Assembly (NCBI RefSeq): GCF_006345805.1
Contig: NC_042999.1
Span: 148,614,001-148,678,000, forward strand
Reading direction: 5' to 3'
From: Octopus sinensis
Taxonomy: Eukaryota
DNA: 64,000 bases
The notes beneath the pieces were generated by a model that was not told where the DNA came from, made no database searches, and worked only from the letters and a program-made list of their open reading frames with translations. The position numbers were made by a program, and so were the translations under genes. This document shows, in pieces, positions 37,530 to 50,679 of this stretch (positions within the stretch are counted from its first letter, which is position 1; every line of letters begins with the position of its first letter).

Positions 37530-37960
37530 GAGTGCCACTCTAGATGCTTTTTCAATCAGCCATCACCACTGGTCTCTGTACTCTGTTATGCATACCAGGT
37601 TCACAGTGTTGTAACCTGTTCAGTCCTTGATGTCAGATCAAGATATTTCTCTGTCTGCCTCTCCATTGCCCTCCCTCAACTGTGCCCTGAAGGATGAATT
37701 TAGACAGAGAGTTGTGGTGGGATACATGAACATACCAGGCAACCTTTTGTCCTTTTATCTGTGCAAGGAGTGGTTCTTGTCTACCAGCATATCTGTTGAA
37801 TTGCTGCCTGACAAAGCTGTTCTGTGTATGGGATGCTTAAGCAGCCTTCTTTAAGAGTCCAGCTCTGACACCCATACTGTAGAAAGCCATAAAACTGTGA
37901 TGTTCATCTTGAGAAAGCATCTCATAAAGACATGTATTGCTAAATTTGGATTTCTGTTTC
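37530..37960 (-). mobile_element. RTE-clade LINE 3' coding relic
   Basis: Minus strand gives decayed YGCQSWTLK-like and GRQREKYLD-like segments typical of the RTE C-terminus. Confidence 0.6.
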
Positions 37961-38339
37961 TTTGAGCATCATCAATAAGAAGCATCCACAAACAACTGCA
38001 TGCTTAGGCAAATTACTAGTGTCACAAATAACCAGCAAACTGGGTAATACAAATTTGTTATTTGTGATGGGAGCAAAATAATAGGTTCATTAGTTCAAAA
38101 TGACATTCTGTCTATTTCTGCTACTGATATACTTCTGGATTTTTTAGGACTATGTGCCTGTATGAGGTTCTTTCTTGAGATGAAAACCACAGTTTTGCAG
38201 CTTTCTACAGTATATCCATGTTAATAAAGATATACATGGATAAGATATCTATCCATCTATCTTTCTATCTGGGTAGATGGATGGGTATGGGTAGGTAGGT
38301 AAATAGTTAGATAGGTACTTTCTCATGTTCGTTTTTACA

Positions 38340-38610
38340 TCATAGAAACTCCGTGCTGGTGGCACGTAAAAAGCACCAACTGATCATGGCTGTTGCCAGC
38401 CTGCTCTGGTCCCTGTGCCACTGGAATGTAAAAAGCACCTACTACACTCACGGAGTAGTTGGCATTAGGAAAGGCATCCAGCTGTAGAAACACTGCCACA
38501 TCAGACTGGAACCTGGTGCAGCCTCCTGGCTTCCTAGATCTCGGTCGAACTGTCCAACCCATGCTAGCATGGAAAATGGATGTTAAACGACGATGATGAT
38601 GATGATGATA
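38340..38610 (+). mobile_element. RTE-type 3' tail element
   Basis: Same structure as 24600-24888. Confidence 0.8.
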
Positions 38611-38703
38611 TGTACATGTATATTCAATCAAACACATTCAATAATAACAGCAACAATAATAGGCTTAAAATACCATATGGTGTATATTTATGTCCCTTTA
38701 CAT

Positions 38704-39013
38704 CAGTGGTTCTCAAAGTGGGCAGTATTGTTCCCCTGAGGGCAGTGGAAAGTTCTAACGGAACATTGAAAATAAGTGGGCCAATAATGGGGGAGTAATT
38801 CGTGTAAAAAGTGGGGCAATGTTAGGGTTAGGGTTCATGTAAAAACAACAAAATAATGGGTTCGTTAGGTTAAGTTTTATTTGTGAAATACAGTTGCTTT
38901 GAATTTGCTTCAGAAAGAGGTCTATGTTTGTGATGGTTAGTTGGGGGTTGGGGTGCTAGGAATGTGGCCTGGGTGTCAAGAGGTGACAGCCTGAAAAAGT
39001 TTGGGAACCACTG
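38704..39013. mobile_element. hAT (Charlie-like) MITE, 310 bp
   Basis: TIRs CAGTGGTTCTCAAA / TTTGGGAACCACTG. Perfect TSD ctttacat. Confidence 0.9.
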
Positions 39014-39171
39014 CTTTACATCCTGAGTTCAAATCCCAGGTGTTACTAAGTATCTGTAATATACAATAATCAAGTTAATCAACTGTGAACATTAGTCCAT
39101 GTCCAATGTGAGAAATCAATAATGATACAATATATATATATTATTAATATATGTATTAAGTTAAAAATCAC

Positions 39172-39220
<49 letters not shown>

Positions 39221-39339
39221 TCAATATTAATTGCCATTAATGCTATTAATGCTCTCGTTCCAGCAGCTTGGGATACAAACTACTTACTGTATTTATGTGT
39301 AACAACAATAAACTGAATTTAAAAGTAACCTGGAAACAA

Positions 39340-39585
39340 TTGTGTTCATGTGTGTGTGTGTGTGTGTGTGTGCTTCTGTGTATGTGCTTATGTGCATGTG
39401 TGTGTGTGCATGTATGTGTACTTATGCATGTCCATGTGTGTATGGTGTGATGTGTATGTGTGTGCACATATGTATGTGTTTATATGCATGTCTATGTGTG
39501 TGTGTATGTTTGTTTATTCATGCATGTGTGTGGTGTGGTGTGTGTGTGTATGCATGTGTGTATACGTTGTGCTCATGAGTGTGTT
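39340..39585. repeat. Long degenerate (TG/TA/CA)n alternating purine-pyrimidine tract
   Basis: Visible directly. Source of the CVCV ORFs. Confidence 0.95.
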
Positions 39586-39676
39586 TCACAAATACTAGGC
39601 ATCCACTTCTGAGCCAGAAACTACTCCTTCTTTGATCAGTTTCTCATCCCCTATAAAACTCAAGTATGACTCACAT

Positions 39677-39961
39677 TGGAGGTGCAATGGCCCAGTGGTT
39701 AGGGTAGTGGACTTGCGGGCGGAGGATCACGGTTTCGATTCCCAGACCAGGCATTGTGTATGTTTATTGAGCAAAAATACCTAAAGCACCATGAGGCTCC
39801 GGCAGGGGGTGGTGGCGACCCCTATTGTACTCTTTCACCCCAACTTTCTCTCACTCTTTCTTCCTGTTTCTTGAGTAATGCTGCAATGGACTGGCATCCT
39901 GTCCAGATGGGGGGAGCACATACGCCATAGAAACCAGGAAACCGGGCCCGTAAAAAATAAA
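39677..39961 (+). mobile_element. SINE family C with 16-bp TSD
   Basis: TSD atgactcacattggag at 39666-39681 and 39962-39977; it overlaps the head's tggag. Confidence 0.85.
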
Positions 39962-40233
39962 ATGACTCACATTGGAGTATTGCTCTCACATCCAGAATGA
40001 TGCTACAGCTGCAAACAAACGTCATACTACTACAACCATTTCTGTTCCTTAAAATTAGCACCTACATAACCCCAGCACCCAACAAACCTATCATTCCAGT
40101 GTTCCTCATCCCTATTGCATCTCATCTTCTTCCAGCTCATGCTAAAAGAAACCCAGTCCTTCCTTCTCCCTTAGATCTGCATCCCATTGAAATTTCTTTT
40201 TCTCCAACATTTTTCCTCCATACATAAACTTAA

Positions 40234-40452
40234 CCCACTGGCTTTTAAATTGGCCACATCTGACCAAAATATTCTTCCAGCTTTATGTTAAAAAATGGTC
40301 AGATCCAGCCTTTCACACCTGTCCTACACTGTCATTCAAATAAACAACCACATTATCAAAATCTCAAAGCTACAAGATGATAAGTGAATAGTTGAAAATA
40401 ATGTGCCTAAATATAGTATTACATTTGACAGAGTAATCTGAAAGCTAACGGG
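40234..40452 (+). mobile_element. piggyBac-like MITE family 2
   Basis: TTAA|CCC...GGG|TTAA, homologous to 8476-8696. Confidence 0.75.
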
Positions 40453-40818
40453 TTAATTCACTGTAATAGTTTACCAAAGTTATTAAAATTCATGCAATTA
40501 CTTACTAAATATTCATGACCTTATATTAAAGCCTAAGTGGTAGTAGAGAAATTTGGTCAGACAAGCAGTGGGTTGCAGACAGAATTAATATGGCACTTGA
40601 CATAATGACATCAGAGTAACAAAACAGGAAGTTACACAGGGCAAAATAACAAGCTTAGCCCCAGAACGATATCTTTTTTATCTCAGTACAAAATCTATTT
40701 TTACAAATGATGGAAGGGTGTAATAAACCTGGTTATTACTGATATCAAAACCCAGTCAACCAAACTGAAAGGATGTTATGCCAAATTATCAGTGATAATA
40801 TCAAGTTTCCATCCTTAA

Positions 40819-41036
40819 CCTTTTAGCATTTAATCTGGTCAAATCCAGCCAAAATATTCTACTTGTTTTATGTTCAAACTGGCCAGATATTGCCTATCAT
40901 GCCTACCCGACAATATCATTCTAAAAATAAACAATTACATCATTGAAATCTTGACGCTAGGAGATAATGCATGATTAACTGAAAACTGTGAATAAATAAG
41001 CAATACATTTCACAGAGTGACCTTAATGTCATAGGG
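40819..41036 (+). mobile_element. piggyBac-like MITE family 2
   Basis: TTAA|CCTTTTAGC...ATAGGG|TTAA. Confidence 0.75.
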
Positions 41037-41791
41037 TTAAACATATATATATACACAAACATACATGAGAGGGAAAGTAAAAGAGAGAGATAGAGGTGTG
41101 TGTGTATGTGAGTAATTTGTATAGTGGTTTATGTCCAACAGATGTGAAAAGAATCCTCAACACCTGTTATACAGGATTTTTTTTTGTTTTTTTTTATACT
41201 GAAACTGAAAGTTTGTCTTGTGGCTTAATTTTCATCCTAGAAGCTGAAACTCAAATTGCAAGACAAAATTCGTTTTAGTTTCAATAAAACACACACACAC
41301 ACACACGTATTATTCAATGTCACTAATATTTTCCCCAATGCTTTGAGTTCCTGAGATGACACACACATTACTTACAAAAGAGAGAGAGACAGAGGAGTGT
41401 GTGTGTGTGTATGTAAATATAAGAGGGAGAAGGAAGAGAGAATGAATGGAAATAAATGAAGGCTATTCACGAACAAAATGCAACAGCACCCATAGAGAGA
41501 GAGAGAGAGAGAGAGAGACAAGATGAATGAAGAAACCAATGAGAAAGACAGTGAATATGAGGCCCAAATAGTTATCTACTCAATCATCAAGTCATTTAAA
41601 AAATGGTGAAGATGAAATAACCAAATGGAGTTCAAATCCGGTGTAGTTGTTCCATTTTGTTCCTGGGCAGGACACGTCATCCTACTCAGATTGCTTTACT
41701 GTTAAGATTAGGAAAACTGACTCCAAGTTGATGTCCCACTCACACCTCTTAAGGTTCAAGGTTTTGGCTTGAAATGTGTTCTAAGCCCCAG

Positions 41792-41857
41792 TGTTTAAAC
41801 TTCAGTTTCATCTTATCTGCCTCATCTACTTTGTAAGATGAAACTGAAGCTTGAACA
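41792..41857. ncRNA. Pre-miRNA-sized hairpin (candidate only)
   Basis: 24-bp stem with one G-U pair and one mismatch, 18-nt loop, in non-repetitive-looking DNA. Matches no miRNA I recognise. Confidence 0.2.
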
Positions 41858-42069
41858 AAAGCCATTAAAAAACACAGAGCCTTAGAAATGTAGCACAGCT
41901 AGAAACAGTAGCTGAATTTCTCTCAAATTACACTATTTTCAAAAAAATGAAGAATGCGTTTGAAAATATCTAGCATGGAGAACGGACGTTAAACGTTGAT
42001 GATGATGATGATATATATATATATATATTTATTTATTTATTTAAAGTATATTAAAATCATAGTGAACTG

Positions 42070-42870
42070 TAAATTCGTCATTTAATAATAACAACAATGA
42101 AATCATCTTGTATAGTGCTCAGGTGCACTACAATTCATCAAAGGTACATGTACAGTACATAGAATTATGTACAAAAGTCAGGAAAGTGAACGAGTCATGA
42201 TATATATGTGTGCATGCATATGGAGTGGGGGATATCAGGTGTAGTGTTGGAGAATTTCAGGAACTATGGAGGTTTTAAAGGATGTAATGTCTCGGCAGAT
42301 AACAACTGATGCAGGTAGTTTGTTCCATGTTTCAGCAACTCTGAGTGTGAAAAAATGTTTCTGAAAGTCATGGGAGCTGTGCTATTTTCTGACTTTGTAG
42401 GCATGCCCATGTGTGTTAGACATATGGAGCTCAAAAAGGTGCTCAAGGTTGTTGTTGGCACAATGGTTAAGAATTGTGTGGGTGTTTACTAAGTCAGTTG
42501 CCAGATGTCGGAGCTTCAGTTTATCTATGCCCAGGGAAGCAAAGTATTCAGAGTATGTTAGATGCCTGATATCTTGCCTGGGATCATGTCAGTAGGGTGG
42601 AATGAGACTTATTGGGACCTAATATTTTTCACAGGCAGTGCTTTGTCAGTGACAGTCATACTCATGAACAAGTTGACAGCTGTCATATATGTGTATCTTT
42701 ATTTGTCCAGGGAAGCAAGGCATTCAGAGTATGATAGATGCCTGATGGAGGGTATTCGCTTGGTTACACATCTCTGAACAGTTTCCAGGAGGTCAATGTC
42801 TTGAGTAAAGAAATAAAGATGGGAAACTGAAATGACCATTGGATAAGGACTGATCTGGAAGAATTGGTCC
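42070..42870 (-). mobile_element. 3' end of a CR1/L2-like LINE
   Basis: Minus strand THGHAYKVRK.HSSHDFQKHFFTLRVAETWNKLPASVI.....SFK matches the CR1-group C-terminal motif. Confidence 0.8.
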
Positions 42871-44794
42871 TTAAACACTGCTTAAAAACATCTAGAATCT
42901 CAAAAGTTATTTTCATATTTTAACGAGTTAAATCAATAGTTACTACAGACTGTACATATATCCACAGCATCAGAAACCTGACTGGTAACGAATATTTAAT
43001 CTGTATCCTCTTGAGCCAAAACCAAAAGAAAACATATATCTCTGGAGTCAGTCTTAATGGGTTGCAAAACAGGATGGGAACCATTGGCATAACAGAATAA
43101 CAAATACTTGCTTTAAACACCAATTAACCAGTCATTAGCGCTCCACAATAACTTCTATGTAGCGTTTATTCAAAGAAAGGAAGAGGGAAGGAGGGAAATA
43201 GATCAATAGATAGATAAATAGGTAGGTAGATAGACAATAGATAGAAAGACAAAAACAAGAAGATAGATATAGAGAGAATGTGTAAGATACAGACAGAAAG
43301 AGAGAAGGAAATTAAAGTAAAACACTTACTTAAACTCAATCTTGTGCTGCATGTGATATTGTCAGTAACAAAGTAAAAGTACTTGAGCTGAGTTAAGTAG
43401 CCCACTCCTCATACGTCCTTAAAAGTTTTAAACTACATCACAATGACCATCATCACCATCATCAACTTCCAACAGTACTATATTTACTTTAGCTACTTGT
43501 TATTTCCTGGACAAACCCACTGTCCCACTATCATTAAAAACTAAACTGGAACAAAGCAGAGTTGTCCAACCCAGTCATTTGTAAGAAGCCAATAGGATGA
43601 GTTGAATGTTAAACTTAGTGAGTAAAAAAAGTCAAGCTTATTTATGCTAGTTTATTCCATTATACTCCTGTGTCATCTCCTTGACTTCCTGCAAAAAAAT
43701 GTAGCCAAATTTCCTGAAAATCATAGTTTAACCATCATAGAAATAATGGTAATGAGTTGGCAGAGTCATTAGAGCATCAGACAGAATGCTTTGTATTATT
43801 TATTCTGATTCTCTCTGCTTTAAGTTCAAATCCTAATGAGGTCAAGTTTAACTTTCATCCTTTCAGGATCAAAACAAAAGTACCAGTTCAGGGCAGTTGA
43901 TTGGCAGAAGCATAAGAATTTTGAACTAGATGCCTGACTGTATTTGTTCAGGTTCTGTATTTGAAGTTCAAATGTCAACTTCACCTTTCAACTTTTTTTT
44001 TCTTTTTGGTGTGAGGGAGGGAGGGCCAAAAAAAAAAATATCAATGCAGGGACATGTAGTGGTGGAACCATAGGAAAGTCAGACCAGATGACTTGTGGTA
44101 TTTGTTCCAGCTCCTAGTATTCTGACTTCAAATCCTGCCATGACCAACTTGACTGGTAAACTTAATACACGGCCCAGTTTAACACGATCCTCTGACATCT
44201 TGAGTGCCTTTAGTGGAGTCTGGTTTGTTGTAAGCATTCAGGCAGACTCCAAGTTTGAGAGTATCTTCCATCTGCCCCACCACCCCCACCAGTAAATGGC
44301 TATGAGCCCTGCCTTCTTTCATCCTGACTAAACGATTAAAAATAGTAAAATAAAAGAAAGTACTTTGGATAAAAATAGTCTTAAATACATCATGTCTGCA
44401 AAAAACTGAGATGATCATGGCTGGATTGACGTCTGCTCAATTAGACCTCACCTAGGGTTAAGCTGCAGGAGCATCTTGTCAACAGCTAACACTGGCAGTT
44501 ATCAAATTTACATCTCATCCCTCAATGAAGTCTAATAGCTGCCAAATCTCCTTCAAAATACACCATGCCCTATTAAAAAGGGAAGGATTCACTGCATAAT
44601 GTAGTCCTAGATATACAGAAATAATGAAAGGTTATGGTTTAAATACTTAGCATATATCTGCTCAATCAGACCTGATATGGGGCTATAATACAACAAAACC
44701 ATTTTTAGTGCCTTCCAAAAGAAATGTATTGAGATAATATTTAACATTATACTTTATAGGAAGAAGAATCCTAAAATGAGCCCACTTTTCTTAA

Positions 44795-45067
44795 CCCTTT
44801 TGTTACCAACCCGGCTGAAACCGGCTCTGGCTCTGAGTACAAATGTCTTGTTTCCATAAGTTTTGAAGTAAAATCTTCTACCAAACCTTAGTCAAAATTT
44901 ATGTTCCTAACACTAGCTGAATGATATCAAAGTTATTTTATATATCTTTGTTATATTTAAAGTAATTGAAAGAAACAGAGAAGCTCACCAGAAATATGAT
45001 TTTTTTTTTAAAAAAAAAGGTTAAAATATACACAGAGCATCTCAAAATAAATACAGTAATGAAAGGG
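44795..45067 (+). mobile_element. piggyBac-like MITE family 1 with a ~55-bp internal insertion
   Basis: TTAA flanks. Aligns to 13283-13502 apart from the insert near 44985-45030. Confidence 0.85.
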
Positions 45068-46332
45068 TTAAACATCAAAATTGAAGATATCTTCAAAAAA
45101 TTTGAGAATTTAAATATTTCCAGCAGTCTCCTCTGAATGATTGCTCCCAAAACAAACACATGTATTAGGAGAAATATCAAGTTTCCTTGATGCAATTTCA
45201 GTAATGAAATATTTAATACCTAATTATTTTTAATTTAAGCACAAAACCAACAATTCTGAAGAAAGGTGGTTAGCTGATACCCTTAACCCCAGCACTTGAT
45301 ACACAATTTATTTTATTGACCCTCCCCGCCATCCAAAGGATGAAAGCCAAAATTGGCCTCAGCCAGATTTGAACACAGAAAGCAATAAAGAGCCTGAATT
45401 AAAACAGCAAAGTCTTTCTTTGCTGATACTCTAACAATTCTGCCACCACCTAATTAACAGTTGACTCTAAAAATCCCAATAACACTGTTATAAAGAACTG
45501 TTTTCATATCCGGGATGATACACCCTTGATTATTGGCACTGGAACAACAATCAGAATAAAGGTGTATGCTTGATCAATAAATCCCTTTCTTAATCTCTTG
45601 CTAAAATCATTCGAAATGATGGACCATTTTCATGTTGTATTCAGAGTCTCTTTCTCTCTCCCTCACTTCCTCCAAATTATCTCTACACCATCTCCATTCA
45701 TACTAACATGTTGCATTTGTCTCTCTATTTCTTGTAATAAATACTTTGTTGGTAGTGATGGTATTGGTGATCCTAATTGCAGTGATGGTGGTAGAACTAA
45801 TTATGGCTAATGCTTTCCAGGAATAGTTTTATGGAACTACTCAAATCAAAAAAGAAGGGGGGAGGGGGTACAAAAAGAGAGGAAAAAGAGCAAGAGAGAG
45901 CGATATTTTCCATTTAAAATCTAAGTTGTCAATACTTCTGACTATTTACATTCTGTGTAGTTTGACATTTCTAAAGTTTATGGACTAATGAAATTAGACA
46001 GTTCTGAGGGGAGGTCACTAAAATGCAGATAAAACACTGACCATAGATTAATATCAAGAATAAAGAGATGAAAACTGGATCCAATTGTGTGTGTGTGTAA
46101 GTTTTGGTACACACTTATGTATGTGCATATGTGTATAAAACATTTCTCTATGTGTAGATGTGTATGAGTCTGAGCACATGTACACATGCATATACATTTG
46201 TGCATACAGATTCATGTACACATTTATGCACGTGCAAGTATGTGTGTGTCTATATGTATACATTTGAATAACTGTAACTAGGTGTGTATATCAATATAAT
46301 GATTTACATATATATAATAGGTAGGTAGATTA

Positions 46333-46477
46333 GGTCACTTAGCGGTTCGGCAAAAGAGACCAATAGAATAAGTACTGGGCTTACAAAGAATAAGTCCCGG
46401 GGTCGATTTGCTCGACTAAAGGCGGTGCTCCAGCATGGCCGCAGTCAAATGACTGAAAAGAGTAAAAGAGAGTAAAG
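46333..46477 (+). mobile_element. 5'-truncated SINE A (young 3' half)
   Basis: Near-identical to the 3' halves at 33065-33218 and 48417-48563. Confidence 0.9.
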
Positions 46478-47570
46478 ATATATATTTTCACACACATGTA
46501 GACATGCACACACAGATAAAATATGTAAGTAGATACAAACACATACTATCATCATCATCATTTAACTTCCTCTGATGATGATATAGATGTGTTTGTATCT
46601 ATATGTGTGTGTACTTATATATGTATGAATCAATATAGGCGTATGAATATGTATGTGTGTACATGATTGTCTCAGGAGAAAAGATTGCTATGAGCTGATT
46701 GTGGCTGTGTGGTTACAGCCACAGAGTTCCAAATTCAATTCTCCAATGTAGCATCTTGGGAAATGGCTTCTACCACAGCCTCAAATACACATTTGGCAGA
46801 CAGAAACCGTACAAAATTCTGTCTCATATACAGATATAGGTATATTTATACATGTATGTGTAAATCTTTCAAATGATAAATCAGTGAAAGGTATTGAGAG
46901 CACAGAAAAACTGGTGCTTATGAACAAAAAAAAACAACAAAACCTTGTACAGTATATGTCCAACCAGATTTCAGATTTACACAAATGTAGTGAGTCGTAT
47001 TTGCATATAGGTCTTTTTAAGAAGCTTAAATGGTGAGAAAAAGAAACTTATTTTCAAACTTCTCAATACTTCAAACAAAACCAAAACAGATATATTCACT
47101 TCTTGCTTATACAGATAAAAAGCTTCTAATTAGATGAATGAAAGTTGTCAAAGTCACCTCGGTGAAGTGTCTTATCACAACTGTCTGGCTTACAGAAAAC
47201 ACATGATTCAATTCTAAGAGGTGATTCTGTCCTTTTTTTCCCAGCTAATGGATATACTTGTCCAATATCTGATGAGATATTTATCCATAGCTTGATTTGC
47301 ATGTGAGATTGTTAAAAAAAAAGATTAATTTTCAAATATCTCAATGCTTCGAACAAAACCAAAACACCCACATATATATACATAAATATGTATGAATGCA
47401 TGTGTGTATGTATGTATATATGTGTGTGTGTGTGTGTACATATATACTTTTGTGCTAATACATGAAACTCTCAGACCTTGACTCACTTCTTTGCTTTTGC
47501 TAAATATCAATAAAAGTACACATACACTCATTTTTTGAGGTCCTACTTTTTCTGTTTGCATCAACATACC

Positions 47571-47610
<40 letters not shown>

Positions 47611-48010
47611 CATACACACACACGTATATATACATGCATATGTACATGTATACATATGTATATACATGTATCTACAAGCATATATTCATGTATACATACA
47701 CACACACAGACATACATACAACGGGCTTCTTTCAGTTTCCATCAACAAAATCCATTCACAAAGCTTTGGTCAGCCTGGAGCCACAGGTGCCAAAGGTGCT
47801 GTGCAGGAGGACTGAATTTGAAACCACATGGTTGGGAAGTAAGCTTCTTAACCACACCTTCATACGTCTTCCTATCTCAACACAAGTGACCCAAGGACAT
47901 GAAACACCCAGCCCTTGAGTCTATGGTACACTTGAGTCACTTCAGTAACTTTTAAGCCAATTAATATGTATGAAGATGTGTGTGTGGGTGCGTGTGAGAG
48001 AGAAAGTATT

Positions 48011-48058
<48 letters not shown>

Positions 48059-48073
48059 CCATCACATACACTT

Positions 48074-48120
<47 letters not shown>

Positions 48121-48125
48121 TATAT

Positions 48126-48286
48126 AGGCGCAGGAGTGGCTGTGTGGTAAGTAGCTTGTTTACCAACTACATGGTTCCGGGTTCAGTCCCACTGCGTGGC
48201 ACCTTGGGCAAGTGTCTTCTACTATAGCCTCGGGCTGACCAAAGCCTTGTGAGTGGATTTGGTAGACGGAAACTGAAAGAAGCCTG

Positions 48287-48350
<64 letters not shown>

Positions 48351-48563
48351 GCGTGTGTGTGTGTTTGTGCCCCACAACATCGCTTGACAACCGATGTTGG
48401 TGTGTTTATGTCCCCGTTACTTAGCGGTTCGGCAAAAGAGACCGATAGAATAAGTACTGGGCTTACAAAAGAATAAGTCCCGGGGTTGAGTTGCTCGATT
48501 AAAGGCGGTGCTCCAGCATGGCCGCAGTCAAATGACTGAAACAAGTAAAAGAGTAAAAGAGTA
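48126..48563 (+). mobile_element. Full-length SINE A within (TA)n
   Basis: Complete head, expanded (TA)n, tail aaaagagtaaaagagta. Confidence 0.95.
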
Positions 48564-48698
48564 TATATATATATATATCTTGGGGTAATGGTGCTAAGCA
48601 GTGTTTATGCATAATCACAATTTAGGTTAGTTGAAATATGTTTGTGACATACACTGCAGTTACTGTGGAGAAAAAAATCTTTCTTATGGTAAAAAGGT

Positions 48699-49095
48699 GT
48701 GAAAACACCCAGTTCATTCAGTGTTGTGCTCTCCCAGAAATCTCAGACTTCGGTGCTTCTACAACGGCGCTTAAGGTGGTTCGGTCATGCAGCCCGGTGT
48801 CCAGAGGGTGAGCTGATTCGTGATGTCCTCCTCCCACTTCCACTTCCCAGCTGGCACAAACGCAAGGGCGGGCAGCTGAAGACCTGGGTAAGGATGACAA
48901 ATGTGGATCTCTCCGAACTCTCAGGCCCGCAGGTGGTCGGTCTGTGCAGATGGAACCGCAAATGGCTCATATCTCCAGTGACCTCACACAGGATCGTCGA
49001 GCGTGGGCCACCATGGTTCGTGATGCCGTCAGGACCAGAGAAGCCGGCTCAAACTGCCCTGGGTGAATGCCGTCATAAGTACAAGTAAGTACAAG
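48699..49095 (+). mobile_element. 5'-truncated RTE-clade LINE 3' end
   Basis: LQRRLRWFGHAAR.PEGELIRDVLLP....W.KRKGGQLKTW, followed by a (TACAAG)-type tail. Confidence 0.85.
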
Positions 49096-50130
49096 ACATC
49101 GATGTTTCAAGTTTATTGATTCTTGTCAATGTGATGTACCTAAGAGATAATTACATATCCAACGCAGATGGGACAACACAGGACATAACAAACAGTGTGT
49201 TTATGAGTTCGTTTTTAAAGGGGTTTTAAAAATATGATGACGAATATTATATTTTAAAAATTTACAAGTTTACGCATGGCCGTAAAGCCCAATGGCTACA
49301 CCATACTTTTTTTTACCCTGGATGAGATTAAGTAGGGTCATTCACATGCAACTTCCTTGCCACATCCTTCCATCTTTTCCCAAATATACTTCATGACATG
49401 TGTCTCTTCTCCAGCCCTATCTTGCTCTTCGGATGATTATCAGTTTCTTTGTTTGGTACCTTTTCCATTTTTGGGAAATCTTCCTGAGACAGTAAGTTGT
49501 ACTCCATAACGAAATTTCACAGAAAATAAATTCCTTCAAAAGGAATATACAAATTGACAAAAATATTTTTGCCAAAAATAATGACAAAAAAATTATTGTT
49601 GCCAAAACTGTTTAACATAAATAATATATTTTAACCCTGCAAAGGGTAAAAAAAAATCAAAGAGTTCAAATCACAAGTTCAAATAGCAGTTGTTTCCAAC
49701 AATATCAAAAATTTCACAGGGCAATCAATAGATAGATAGATCGATAGATAAACTGATAGATCGATAGATAGACAGATAGATATCATTATCACACACATCA
49801 TGATGTGTGTGTGTGTTATACTTACATGTATATACACACACGCACACACAAGCATGTCATAAAACTGCATGCCCTCAGCTCTTTACAGAGGAGGGAATAC
49901 AGAAACAATAGTACAACATTGGTAGTTCAGATTAAGACAAGTGTCTTAATCTGTGGAGTTAAATATCAGATATAGGAAACAGGTTATAAAGTAGATGGTC
50001 TGTGGTGGAATTAATTTGTAGATAAAACCTTGGTCCAGGAAGCATAAAAATAGAACATAAAAGTTGGGGAATGAATATATTCATGGCTTTGCACAACTAG
50101 GTTAATTAGCATTACTAAACAGGGTAAATA

Positions 50131-50370
50131 GTGGTGGTGGTGGGAGAGGTCACGTTGGCTATATTGTTGTTGTTGGAGGTGGTGGTGATGTTAGTGGCTC
50201 AAATAATAGTGTTATTAATGATGATGATGGTACTGTTACTGGTGGTGCTAGCAGCTATAGCAATGATAGTGATGGTTGCAGTGGTGGTGGTGATGGTTGC
50301 AGTGGTGGTGATGATGATGTTGAGACTGATGGCAGTGTTGGTATTGGTGACTGTGGTATGGTTAGGTTAG
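50131..50370. repeat. Degenerate (GGT/GAT)n trinucleotide tract
   Basis: Visible directly. Source of the poly-V/M ORF. Confidence 0.9.
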
Positions 50371-50679
50371 TGGTAGCATGGGCCAAGAGTTTCATAGAAG
50401 AAGGGAAGGAAAACAAAAGCAGCAGAGTCAGAAAGAGGAAAAATAATTGACCATTTCCTTGGTAACAGATCTCTCAGTAAGTTACTTATTCACTGAAGCT
50501 GACATACAAGGTGTTGTGGGTAGACAGGTGTGTGTGTGTGTGTGTAGTGGCCAATTAACCACATTTGAGATGTATATATATATACACACATTCACAAATA
50601 TAAGTACGTACACACACACACACACAGATAGCCAAATATATAGTGTATGTTTGCAAGTATATATATACACACACACACA

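Noticed and set aside
39997-40227. Pro-rich 76-aa ORF
   Set aside because: C/T-rich compositional bias, no homology recognised, flanked by TEs.
48699-49088. 129-aa ORF as a host gene
   Set aside because: It is the C-terminus of an RTE LINE ORF (RRLRWFGH motif) with a LINE tail.
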